NCBI RefSeq assembly: GCF_009834535.1
Contig: NC_045707.1
Coordinates: forward strand, 57,724,001-57,788,000
Source of the DNA: Camelus ferus
Taxonomy: Eukaryota
Length of the DNA: 64,000 bases
Reading direction: 5' to 3'
Below are positions 1-12,500 of this stretch, piece by piece. The notes beneath the pieces are model-generated. The model searched no databases, had not been told where the DNA came from, and saw only the letters and a list, made by a program, of their open reading frames with translations. The number at the start of each line of letters is the position of its first letter. The first letter of the stretch is position 1. The position numbers and the translations under genes were made by a program.

Positions 1-344
1 TATGCAATAGAAACTGAATTGTCTTTATATCATTATGGCATATTATATAACATGTATGGTGTATATATACATATATTCCATATATTTGACATATATGATA
101 TATATACATACATATGTTCGCTTCAGATTATTTTAAAAAATCTCTATGTAGTGCCAATACATTTAGACAAAGACTTTTTTAAGTTCACATATTTCTTGGG
201 ACTTCTCATAAACATAATCTGCTGATCATCATTCCTTAATTATCAGATTTTAAGTTTTAAAACAGCTTTAATTATGCTGGGCCAAAATACTGTCAATTCT
301 TAGAAAACTATAAAGCGAAGGTTCTATTTATGGTATTTTCTTAC

Positions 345-510
345 TTGTAGCCACTTCTTCCATCACAGATACGCTGTAATCTTTGCCTCTAACTGTCTTC
401 ACCTGGAACAGGTAGTCCATCCCTGGAGTCAAATTCTGTACTTTGGCTTTGTTGCCATAAACAATCATTTTAAAAAGCTTTTCCTTTCTAGATGTCATGC
501 AGTAGGATAT
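345..510 (-). CDS. Exon, FN3 #9 C-half ([55 protein letters not shown])
   Basis: ctttctctag| ... |gtaaga; 166 nt, phase 0-1; the gene continues beyond the left edge. Confidence 0.9.
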
Positions 511-3500
511 CTAGAGAAAGAAGAGACAAATTTATGTTTTTCATGATTTTAAAAGGATTTATTTGTCACGAACTCCATCCTAGTCACATTCACATCAATT
601 AATACTGCAAGGTAAGGGCTGTAATCCTTTCTATCTTCACCAAGGAGTAATCTGAAGCTAGTTGAAGGCTGAATGACTTGGTGAAGTTCACATAGTCGTA
701 AGTACAGTGGACTGATTTAGAAGTTTACTCATTAAAAGACCAACAGCTTCCAAGTATTTTTAAATTTCATATATATATGATTTGTGTATATGCATATAAT
801 ACTTATGAGTGGGATTTCACCTGTTGGCCACCTCAAAACAAAAACCGTTTTGTAAATGACACACATGCTCACTCTCCCAACTGCATGTAAGCAGAAGACT
901 AGAGGAGGTAAGAGAAGGTATCACTGAAGTCGCAGGTCCCTGACCTCCGGGAGAACGCCATAGCTTTTTCCTGGCTTCCTAAGGGATGGGAAAGAGGGTG
1001 CTTCTGCCCACACTCCACATTCCAGCTAAATGAGGAGGATGCCTGCTGGAGTGAATGACACATTGCAGACGGAAGGTAATAGGCAACCAACTTCCCGTTC
1101 ATGAGCCTGCTTGGTCAGAGAAGGAGCTGTGGAGCAATCTGGACATCCACCTTTGCTTGCCCTGACAGATGCCAGCGTCGTCCACGGGTCAAGTATGACC
1201 ACAGAGAGTCATCAGGCTTGAACCATTTCACTAGTACCCCACCCGAGAAGGCTGGCTGCTCCGCAAACAGATACTAGCAGCAAAAATATAATGGGATATA
1301 ACACCAGAAGGAAGAGATGAGAGGAGCTGGAAAAGACTGAGCTAGAGCTAAGTCTGTCACGTCAGGGAAGTGGGTAGTGGGGATCACCCCAGGCCCTTCC
1401 AGAGAACTCACACGGGTGCCTCAGGAGAGAGCCGGGAGTTGGAAGACTGTTAAAGAGATGTCACTGGAAGTCAGTCAGTATTAGTCAGGGGAGTAGGAAA
1501 AACCAGCAAGAGAGAAAACAACAAAAATCAAGACCTAGAATAGAGAAGGCACTCCCAATTTTTTGTTGAATGAATGAACGATAAATGTCATGTCACATTC
1601 CATGCCAGCTCATCTCTTGTTATAACCATCTTTTATCATAACCAATTATTCATTAAAGCTTTGAGAACTGGCACTGACTTTAGAAATTTTCAGTGGATTG
1701 ATTTGACAGTTCCAATACCTTGGGGATTTTTTAACTCATCCAAACCTACTTATAACAGTCTTTACTCTTCTTTACTCCAGGTTTCATGTTATAAAAGAAA
1801 CAGAAAGATACATCTAAATGGAAGTAGTCATTAATTTTATAAGTAATTTCAATGTTATGATGCTTTTAAAAAACAACTGTTATGCGGTAGGAGTCAGAGA
1901 AACAAATTTCCTGGGCAGATGTGTTTATCACTGTCTTGTGGGAAGAGTGTTTTGTTACTGAAGGAAGATAATCATGAGGTCTAGAAGCATATCATTGCTT
2001 TTTGATTTATAAGGTGTCACTGACAATTACTTTGCTTGTCTGGCATATAGGAAGATAAGAAGAGTGAACAGGCTTCTGAGAACTTCTGGTATGAAAAAGG
2101 ATGGTAGGAGAAAGTACCACATAGCAGAGGAAGAATATGATCTTAACGGGATGCTCAATTCAGACATACAAAGAATCATATTAGAGCATTAAGGAAAAGT
2201 TAAAAGAAAAAGAAATTGACTGAGGAGACCTCATGACAAAACTATGTAAATTTTTTAAATGAATTTGTAAAATAGAGGTTGGTTGGTTTGTTTCCCCAAA
2301 TATGTGGACTACATATGTCTAGTAGAAACCACGTTAAGAAAACCTAATTTGTGCTTCACTTCTATGTTTAAAGCATATTTTGAAGACCTGGGATGATTAA
2401 TTTTAAATGATTAGGAAAATGATCTCAGTTATGCAAGTACACTTTGCTAAGCAACCAGGATACTGTTGCTCAATTCATTAAAATTTAACAAATAATCTCA
2501 CTAGTTGAGAAAGACTAGAATAACCATTAGTGATATAATATAGTTAATAAAATAATTTGAATCTTAACACAATTTCTTAAAATAAATTTCCCTTAATAAT
2601 ATATAATTTACAGTCTCTGAAAAAAAAAGTAAAAAGCGATTCTAGGGATATATATTTTATCTGACAACAAACAATTTTATTCCCTCAGTTAACCCCAAGG
2701 AAAGCTCATTCTTTCAGGAATTTGCCTTGAAATATGCGAATTAGGACAAAGAGCTTAGGGTAAAAAATGTGAATCTTTTACAATTAATATTATAAATGCT
2801 TAGAATTTCTTCTAAGGAATACCTACACTCAATACAGGAATGAATTAAATCATTCTAGAAAGGATAGTTTTTCATGAATGATTTATTAATCAGGATGCCC
2901 CTATCACTGAATGACACTTACAAATGACAAACAGAATGCTCCCTCCTGACTTTGTGAACTTGCTTGTACAGAGTATCCTCTCCTCTTTTCCATGAGTCTG
3001 AATCCTACCTGTTCCTGAAACTTCATCTCAAGTTCCACCCTTTCCTGGTAACTATATTCAGTATTGACCTCCTCCCACCATAATCACCCCGATCATATAT
3101 GGAAACACTGCTATGTAAATTTCTATTTATTCATCAAATATTTATCGATCACCTATTGCAGGGAAAGCATTATCTTAGGTACTAGGTATTTTGAGGTAAA
3201 CAAGACAGAAAAGGCTTCTGATTGTGGGGAAGTCACATCCTAATGGTGACACCTAACAACCAACCAACTCAATAAATAAATGAATGAATTCAGCTATATC
3301 TCAGAGTGAACACAGTGGTTTTATTTAGATTAGATAATCAAGGAAGGAGATGAGAATATAAAACAAACAATGTGGCTTACCACCTAGCTCTATCAGGATT
3401 AAGTCATTAGCCACTGCAGTCCCTGAGCAGCAGTGCACCCTGAGAGGAATTCAGGATGTCCAACAGAATGAGGGACTCTGTTTCGGAAGAACAGGCCCTT

Positions 3501-6500
3501 AGAAAGTTAGATGTATGACTCAGGAAGAATTTTAATGAACCCAGAGTCTTGCATTTTCCCGTACATAGAAAAGCACTGAAATCATTAACTGATATATCTG
3601 TGTCTTGTGACTAACAATTACCTTTTACTGAGATGTGATGCTTGACTGCATGTATTTCCTACCCCAAAATCATATATGCATTGGCTTCTCCCCTACCTCT
3701 GCAGGGCAGTTCCCTCAGAGCTACTGAGAGGCTGTTTCCTAGCCTGAATAAACTGGAACTCAAAGCTCTTACACTACACTTTTCTTTTAGTCTACAAGAT
3801 GAAACTGTAACTGAGAACCCAAGGATAGGAAAAAGCCAACCAAAACTGGAGGTAAAATATTCAGGAAAAATGAATGTCAAGCACAAAAACCTTGCAATAG
3901 GGATGTGCCTGGCCCACTAGAGGAACAGCAAGAGACCCCAATAGGGTTGCAACATAGTTACACAGCAGGCAGTGTAATTAGATGAAGGTCCAATTAGGTG
4001 AGGTTTTGGAGACCATGGCGAGGAGTTTAATGGACAAGTTTCTAGAAACATACAGCCCACCAAGACTGAATCGGTAAGAAATAGACCACTTGAACAGACC
4101 AATCACTAGAAATAAAATAGAATTAGCAATAAAAAAAATCTCCCTACAAACAAAATTCCAGGACCAGATGGCTTCACTGGGGAATTCTACCAAACATACA
4201 AAGAACTCCTACTAGTCCTTTTCAAACTCTTCCAAAAGACTGAAAAGGAGGGAACACTCCCAAACTCATTCTATGAAGCCACCATCACCCTGATACCAAA
4301 ACCAGACAAAGACACTACCAAAAAAGAAAATTTCAGGCCAATGTCACTGATGAACATAGATGCAAAAATCCTCAACAAAATATTAGCAAATAGAATCCAA
4401 CAGCACGTACAAAAGATCACACACATGATCAAGTTGGATTCATCCCAGGGACACAGGATGGTTGAACATACGCAAATCAATGTGATACAGGATGTCAACG
4501 AAAGAAAGGACAAAAATCATATGATCATCTCAATAAATGCAGAAAAAGCATTTGATAAAAATTCAACACCCAAATGGGTACAGAGGGAACATATCTCAAC
4601 ATAATAAAAGCTATTTAAGACAAACCCATAGCCAACATAATACTCAACATTAAAAAACTGATAGCCTTCCTGCGAAAATCTGGAACAAGACAAGGATGCC
4701 CACTCTCACCATGTCTATTCAACATTGTCTTAGAAGTCCTAGTCACAATCAGGTAAGAAAAAGAAAGAAAGGGATCCAAATTGGAAGAGAAGAAGTAAAA
4801 TTGTCACTATATGTGGATGGCATGATACTGTATATAGAAAACCCTAAAAGCCCCACACAAAACTAGAGCTAATAAGCCAGTTGGAAGGAGAGTTCTAAAA
4901 AAGTGGACCCATCAGTACTTCTATGCCTAGAGAGCGCTCCACCAGATCCCTGCCCCCCAGCTGCTTGTCAAGCTGCCACCCATGCACTGGGACTCAGAGT
5001 GCGTAGCGTGTGAACATGCCCTTCAAGAGCAGTCTCAGTATCGCACAGCTCTCCGGCTCTCCCAGACAGAAGCCCTGCTGTTCTTCACAACCAGGTGTTA
5101 CGATGGCTCTTCTTCCCAGTGCAGGTTCCCTCGAGCTCGGACCCTCCATTCTGGGGGGCCCTCTGTGGTTGTGATGGCCCTCCCACTGGAGGGTCACCAC
5201 AGTGGGGGTGTGGGTTCTCACTAGACTGCATCTCTGTCCCTCTTACCCAATTCAATGTGGCCTTGTCTTTACATCCTCTGTTATAGAAAATCTGTTCTGC
5301 TAGTCCTGGGGTCACTCCAGAGACAGTTATTCTATATGTAGTAGTAGTTTTTGTGTGTCTATGGGAGGAGGTGAGCTCAGGATCTCCCTAGTCTCCTACC
5401 TGGATCAAGACTTTCTATAGTCTCCCTACTTTAAAACCTGCTAATTAGCAAACCTAATTCTGTCTGCCATCCCAGTTCCTCTTTGCTGGAGAACAGAACA
5501 TATTTCAAGTTCTGTGAATTAGGTTGTGGATCTTCGAAAGGCCATTATTCTGTCCACTATGTCCCCCTTTGTCTTCAGTACCAGGTACTATAAATAAATG
5601 TGGATTCTTTTTATGTCCATCACATAATGACTATTATCTTGTTTCTCTCATGAACCATAATTATTAAGAAATTCATACTTGAATATAACCTGCAGATGTA
5701 CTAACTAGTTCATTTCACATGTCTGGTAATTTTATTGCCCTGGCTCCTTTTTAGGCTGTATGAATTCTATAAATTATTAAATTTTATATTACTTTTTGTT
5801 TACAAGAAACATCTTCTGTTGTAGCTGCTCAAATTCTCAGGATTCTATAAGTGCTACCCCCCACGGACCTGTGGCCACCACTTTCACAGGACATGGGACC
5901 TACAACCACAGTTAATGAGAACGTGACTGAGTGTCTACAATTCCGAATAATCACAGTCCTTTCCTTGGGAATTCAGGGAGCATCTGTCTCTCTCTGTAAC
6001 TGATAACGTACCATATGTGCTTGGAAGTTATCTATGGCATTCTTCCACTCACCACATGGATTGCTTAGCAGAGAAAGCAGGGGCATCGGGAAAAATAAAT
6101 AAATAAGAAAAAATAAACTAAGGCTGATGAGCAGAAAGAAGTAGACAGACAGACAGAAACTGACCCCTGAAGCCTCATTGGCTTTACACATCTGATCCCA
6201 GTTCTTCCCAACACCCAGTTATATTCTTTACCTCTGTCTCCATGAGGTACTCTGTTATTAATATGACCACTTTTTTTATTTCTGAAACCATTTCAAGTTG
6301 TTTTCTATTATTTACAATTAAAATTCCTATGTTCTACCACTATGAAAGTATAGAAAACTTGTTTGCCCCCACAGAATGCAAAGCACGAGTGCTAACCCCA
6401 GAAGCTTCCTCTCTGCAAACTGTCCTACAGGATCTAGATTGTTTATAATGTGTCCTCACGTGATGCCAGGCTGTATTATTCACAACAAAGAGCAGCAATG

Positions 6501-9500
6501 AAAATGACACAGTTGAAAAGTGGCTCCTCTACATCTTCCTCTCTTGCCCTCTGGGCTGCGATTCTCCACTCTTATTAAACCTGTAGGCTGGAGCTGACGC
6601 ATCACCTGTGGCACGCAACCTGGCTTCTGGAATCTGTTGCGGTCAGTGCTGTCACAGAAGCATTATCCTCCAGCGCCATCATTCCTTTATTCACCTTTTT
6701 GCACTATACATGCCCATGTTTATCGCCACTGAAAATCTTAAAACCCATTTAAAGTCAAGTACCAGCTTTTACTCAAAGTTGAACACCTCCCATGCAACTT
6801 TGTACTTTTAAAGCAATAAATAAGAAAATTACATTGGAGGAAAAATCTTACATTAAAGGAGTGGTGCTTTGATTTCTGAACCTCTTAATGTAAAATGAAG
6901 GACAAAAAGGAGTGAAATAAAGGCCTCAATCAACACCCAGGTTGCATGACAGCAGCTTTACCTGAAACTTTTCAAAGCCTCCTTGTGGGAGTTTCCAAGA
7001 CAAATATATTGTGCTTTCTTCCTGTCCCAAAACCAGCAAATCTGAGGGTGGGTCTGGATCTAGGGCAATGAAATAAGACATGGGAATGATATTGCTGGAA
7101 AAAAAACCAAAACATTTCTATCATCACATTTATCTATACTGGACTGTAACCTTGATGGTCATACTGTGGAAGAGAAGGGACACGTAGGTTTTTCTAGTCA
7201 GTTTTAGCTCTGTGTGGTCCTGTGCAAGCTATTTACCCTGCATCTCAGTCTCCTCATCTCTACAATGGAGGGGGGGAAGAATGTTCTAGAAAGCCTTTTT
7301 CCACAGTAAAATTATAGAAAGTATGAATTTTCATATTTATTTTTCTCATAGCAGAATTCAGTGTGAAGTTACAAGTAAAATTTTAACTTACAATCTTATG
7401 CTAGATATATCTTAAGAGATATATCTACGCTTTTCCTTAAATTCCCAAACTCCTTTTCCCTTTAAACATTTTATCTGAGAAGTTTCTAGAAATTTATTTT
7501 TCAAATCAGTAGCACGTATCTAATTCTAATTTATATTTCAAATTGAAATGTTACATTGCTTTCCTTAGTTGGAAGAAATGTAATATTAAAATTTTATTGG
7601 AATATTTCTAAAATTCAAATTTTGCATGAGATATTTTTGTCCTTATTTATATATTAAGTTTATTCGATTCAACCCAGTTGTAGATTTAAACCTGTGTCAC
7701 TGATCCACAATCCTTTTTATTCTATTTTTCTGTGATGTATATTTGCTTCCAACTGGAATTCATTTATTATTCCCACATATTCCCAGAATATATTTTAGCT
7801 TTCTCTTATATATTTATTAATATTCCATCTACTTCCAAATAAATTTGAGGTGGCTTGCAAAGAAAAAGAGGTACAAAAAGACCAAAAATTATTAATACGT
7901 GGCAGACAACAAAAGTCAGATTGTAAAGTGGGATGGGTGGAGAAAAAGTCACATTTGGAAAACAGTCAAAACAATAACCTTTCAAAATATAGACAGCATT
8001 ATTAAACCCAGATAGAAATAAGCTTGAGGTCCAAATAGAACAATAATTTGTACAAAGTCACAGAGACAAGAACTAGTAGAGCCAGTCCTTCCTATAACGT
8101 AGTGGCCTTTCATTAAAGCAGAGTGGTTACAATGACAGAATTTGTTGTCAGGGAAATATGGGTTCATCTCTGTCATCTTGTACAAGCTACTGAAATTGTC
8201 AAAGCTTCAGTTTCCTCATTTGTTAAAAAATGCATCTCATTATGATGGACAGAATAAAGGTTGTCATTGAGAATGAAGTGACATAAAGCATAAAAAATGC
8301 TTAGCACAGTGCCTGACTGAAAAACAAGCACTCAGTGTGATGATGATGACAACAGTAATGACAGTGGGGACAATTATAATAACACCCCCAAATCTAAGCA
8401 GCCATCTGAGATGCTTTCACTGATACAAAACAATGAACTATCATTTAAAAAATGAGGTCATTTCTCATCTCTTGCCAATGTTTCTTCGAATGATCTTTAT
8501 AAGCGGCAGCAGAGTGTCTTATCAGCTTTAGAGTTAAATACCTGGGTTAAATCTCACCTTCAGTAATGAGTTATGAACACCTCTGAGACTTAACCTACAT
8601 TTTAAGTAACCCAGGGAGATTCAACATGATACCTTAAGCACATAGCACCAGGCGGGTGTATAAGTGCTCAAAGTTTTAGTTTATTTTCCAGGAATTGATT
8701 TGACTGTGGCTGCATTTTTCAGTGCTTTCTCCTCCTCCACCCTGCAAATCCTGAGATTACTCCTCCTCTCACGCTGACAGGGCACTGGTACTTGAGTGCA
8801 CGTTGTGACTGTGACCCGGTAGTGACAGGACTCTCTGGAATGTCTGCATGTGCTCAGGGCAGGCGTACATGTAAGGGATGCTGACGAGGCCAGAAGAGGC
8901 AAACTGAACCCAAGTAATGCAATTGAAAAGACAGTGCCATCTATTTTTTTCATACTCCAAAGTTTTGTTTTTCATAAAATGTTAATAGATATAGTCAAAA
9001 TATTAGAAAAATATTGAGTATTTCATGATGACAATACCTTAGGGTTTTAGAGTACTTTGCACTTTCACAAAGAGCTTTGCATGTGATTTTAGTAACAAGA
9101 CTTTACACCTGGGGAGGAATAATTATTCTCACTTTTTAAGTGAGAACTTTATGGTTTTGCCCAAGGTCACCTAACTAATAAATGATAGAGAAAGGACTAT
9201 AACTCAGGCATTCTGCATGGAAATGAAGTGCTCCGTCTCTTTAAGCATGTCAGAAACCACTTCCTCATGAATCCATTATTAATTGGATATTGCCTTTAAA
9301 CCCAACTATTTCCCTTAGTTTTACCCATGAAAAGTTAATTAAATACAAAATGAACTTACAAGTGCTAACCACGAGGACAGTAGGCTGGCTTCTCTTTAGT
9401 CCCTTGGTAGTTATAACGCTAATTAAAAAGTCAGTCCCCGGAGAAAGGTTGTTAAAGGTAAATGTCCTACACATTAAAGAAAAGTCACATATTAAAATTT

Positions 9501-12500
9501 TTAGCTCAGGAACATTTGGAAAACACCATCTTCTCACACTACCTGCAGAAAGAATTTTATCTATAAGTTTTGGGGTTTTATTGTCTATTATGGAAACAAT
9601 TTGCTATGCTTAAACATGAACAGCTATTTCGAAATCAGAACTTCTTACATGGAGAAATTTAAGTCAAAAAAGTGTGTAGATCAGAAATACAAGCATGACA
9701 CTATCCTAAATTAATTCATTACTATCTATTTGCATAAATGGTATGGTACTGTATGTTAGATTTAGTTACTCTAATCACATTGCAGTCCAAAAACTGTCTC
9801 GCAAAGTTTTCTAATTTCTCTTTACATTAAACCACTAACATAGCTTTCTAAAAACACATATAAAATGTTAATCTTTGTGTTCCATGTAACTTGACATCAT
9901 TTCTTTTCAGTATTCTCATACCTTTTTGTGGAAGGCAGGATTTCTTCTTTCAGGAAGCTGTTGCTGGATATTGAAATAATGTATCCATCCAGATGACTTC
10001 TGGCTAAAGGCCAGTTAACAGTTACTGCGTTTGAGTTTCTACTATGGTTCATGAATTCAATGGCACTTGGGGCTACATCATTTAAAATACACACAGAAAG
10101 TAACATTTTCTATCACACAAATCACCTGTTTTAAAACAGCCCTGAAACAGTCTCAGGATTTGTTTGACTTTCTGCAAACTCGGAGGGTAACCAAGACATT
10201 CCTTTTATTCTTTCTGGTTGATATGAGAAGTTAAAAGTCAAAAGAGAGGAAAAAACAAAAAGAATCACTTTAAACTTTGAAACAGAGCCAATATATACCC
10301 CAGTAGGGTTATACTCAATTATTTCCCTGGACCCTAAAATGTAGAAAGAGGTGATATCTTGGTCTCCTATAACCACCAACCTCAGAGATATTTAATGATT
10401 TTTAGGATACACCCTAATTAAATACCAAATAGTAAAAAGGTTAGTCAGCAGGAAATTTAATTGCAATATAAATATGAAAGACCTCTCTTCTGAGGAAAAA
10501 AGTTAAATAGTGTAAAATATATTTTTTGTTTCCCCTTTAAAATTCATCCACATATAAGAAAGGAACAAAACTGTCAAGATATTCTCTCTCAATTCCATTT
10601 TTTGTTATTACAGTAAAAGAATACCAGACATGACCAATGTCTAAATACATAAATCAATGTTCCCATGCCATTGGTGCCAAGAATAACTAAAATAGTTATT
10701 TTAGTAGAATAGTTGACAATTTTACTTCACCTAGATTTGAAAACGTATGCACTCTGCATACGCTTTCCCTATCATCCTTTATTTCATATGACGACCATGG
10801 AATAAATCAACATCTGCCATTGGGAGTAAGTTGCTACCACTGGGGAAGTGACACTTCATTGTCTGTTCAACTGAACAATGGAAAAATTAGATCACAAATG
10901 GACAATCTGGCCAGAACCCAGAACAGTTAGTAACTCTACTGTCTGAAAATACACACACAAGAGGTTTTGCTAATCTGTATAAGGGGAAACAGAAAAAGAC
11001 ACAAGAGGCGATACTGCCTGCTCACAAAGAAAACCTGGGAAGAATAAACTACTAAATCTCCCCCCCAAAAACTGAATGAATATTTGAACACTGAAACTTA
11101 TATAATGTTATAAATCAATGGTGCCTCAATAAATAAATAATTCTTTTAAAAAAGAAAGCAGCATATAAAACCAAAGCATATTAATGGAATCCTTCTGATA
11201 TTAACAAAAAAATATTTAGAAAACTGAAAATCCAAACAATAAACGTTTCAACACTGAATAATACTCAAAGTGCTTACACAACCTGTACCTGTCTGTATTT
11301 CCTTTATGTGGGGAGTACTGTCTTGAAAACCTTGTTTTTCAGTGTGAATTGAGAAGGTATACATTGTGGCAGGATCCAGGTTAGAGAATGTTGCTGCTTC
11401 TTGAAATACCTTCTGGACCTATCCAAAAAAATAAATGACCAAGTGTTGATCTAAGAAATGCACCACAATCAAGCATGAGCAAAAAAAAAAAAAAAAAAGT
11501 TGGGGGTTATTTGGTTTCACTACTATCTGACATAAGAATGCAGTAATATTCGCCTTAGTATTAAAGTTTAATTCTTCCGAGAGCCCTAATAACATACCAT
11601 GAAAGCAGCAGCACAGTTTATGCATGTGATTTCATAATGCTGAAAATTCCCATCAGCTCGATTCCAGAGAATTTCTATGGAAGAATCTGTAACTTTGCCT
11701 TCATGGATATTTGACGGTGCTTCCAGACCTACCCAAAACACACACCACACTTAAATTCTTGGATGTTTTCTAACTGGGTTTTTCTTTTAATGTATCCCTT
11801 CAAAGGTAATAAAAATCACAATGTAAAAACGAACAGTGAAGTTTATTAATGAACTATGTCTCTATTCTCATTAAAAACAGTTGTTTACACCTACAACAGC
11901 TTAGGAAATATGATAATCAATTGCAATACTCAGAGTCATGGTAAATACCATTACATGCAGCTAACTCTGATGTTACAGCAAAAACTACGTAAGAGCAAAT
12001 TCACAGGAGCAAATGGACAATATTCAATGGAGGAAAAAGAAATTAAAGCTTCCTGGAACTATTTAGCATAAGCTATAAAGAACAGAGAGAAATATGAATT
12101 CTAGACAAAGTAAAAGAATCCCTCTGTACCAAATATTGGTGAAGCTGAAAACAAATTTCATCTGGTGAGTTTTAGTGTTTATTTTCCCAGTGGAAAGATC
12201 CCATCCAGCACAGAGGAAGATAATTATTACAGAAAAACTGAAAAAAAAAAAAAAAAAGTCAGCCTTTAACTATTACCTTATATATTGGCATTTCTGCTGA
12301 TTGGTATCATTGTATTGATATATTTAGATGATCAAGCATTAATTAGTTTTAAAGACAAGAACTACCAAATAGAATGATGCCCACAATGATTTATAACAAG
12401 AGGGGCAGAATATACGTAATAAAAGTATTTTAAACATTATAAACAAAAATAAAATATAAACATATACCAAGCTGATTATAAATATGTCAAAATGCTCCTG

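Noticed and set aside
4341..4604. Reverse-transcriptase-like ORF as a novel RT system
   Set aside because: It is an ordinary frameshifted LINE-1 ORF2 fragment.
12130..12237. Possible extra minus-strand exon (poly-T acceptor, gtacag donor)
   Set aside because: Immediate stop in the required phase 1, no FN3 features, and the flanking exons join correctly without it.
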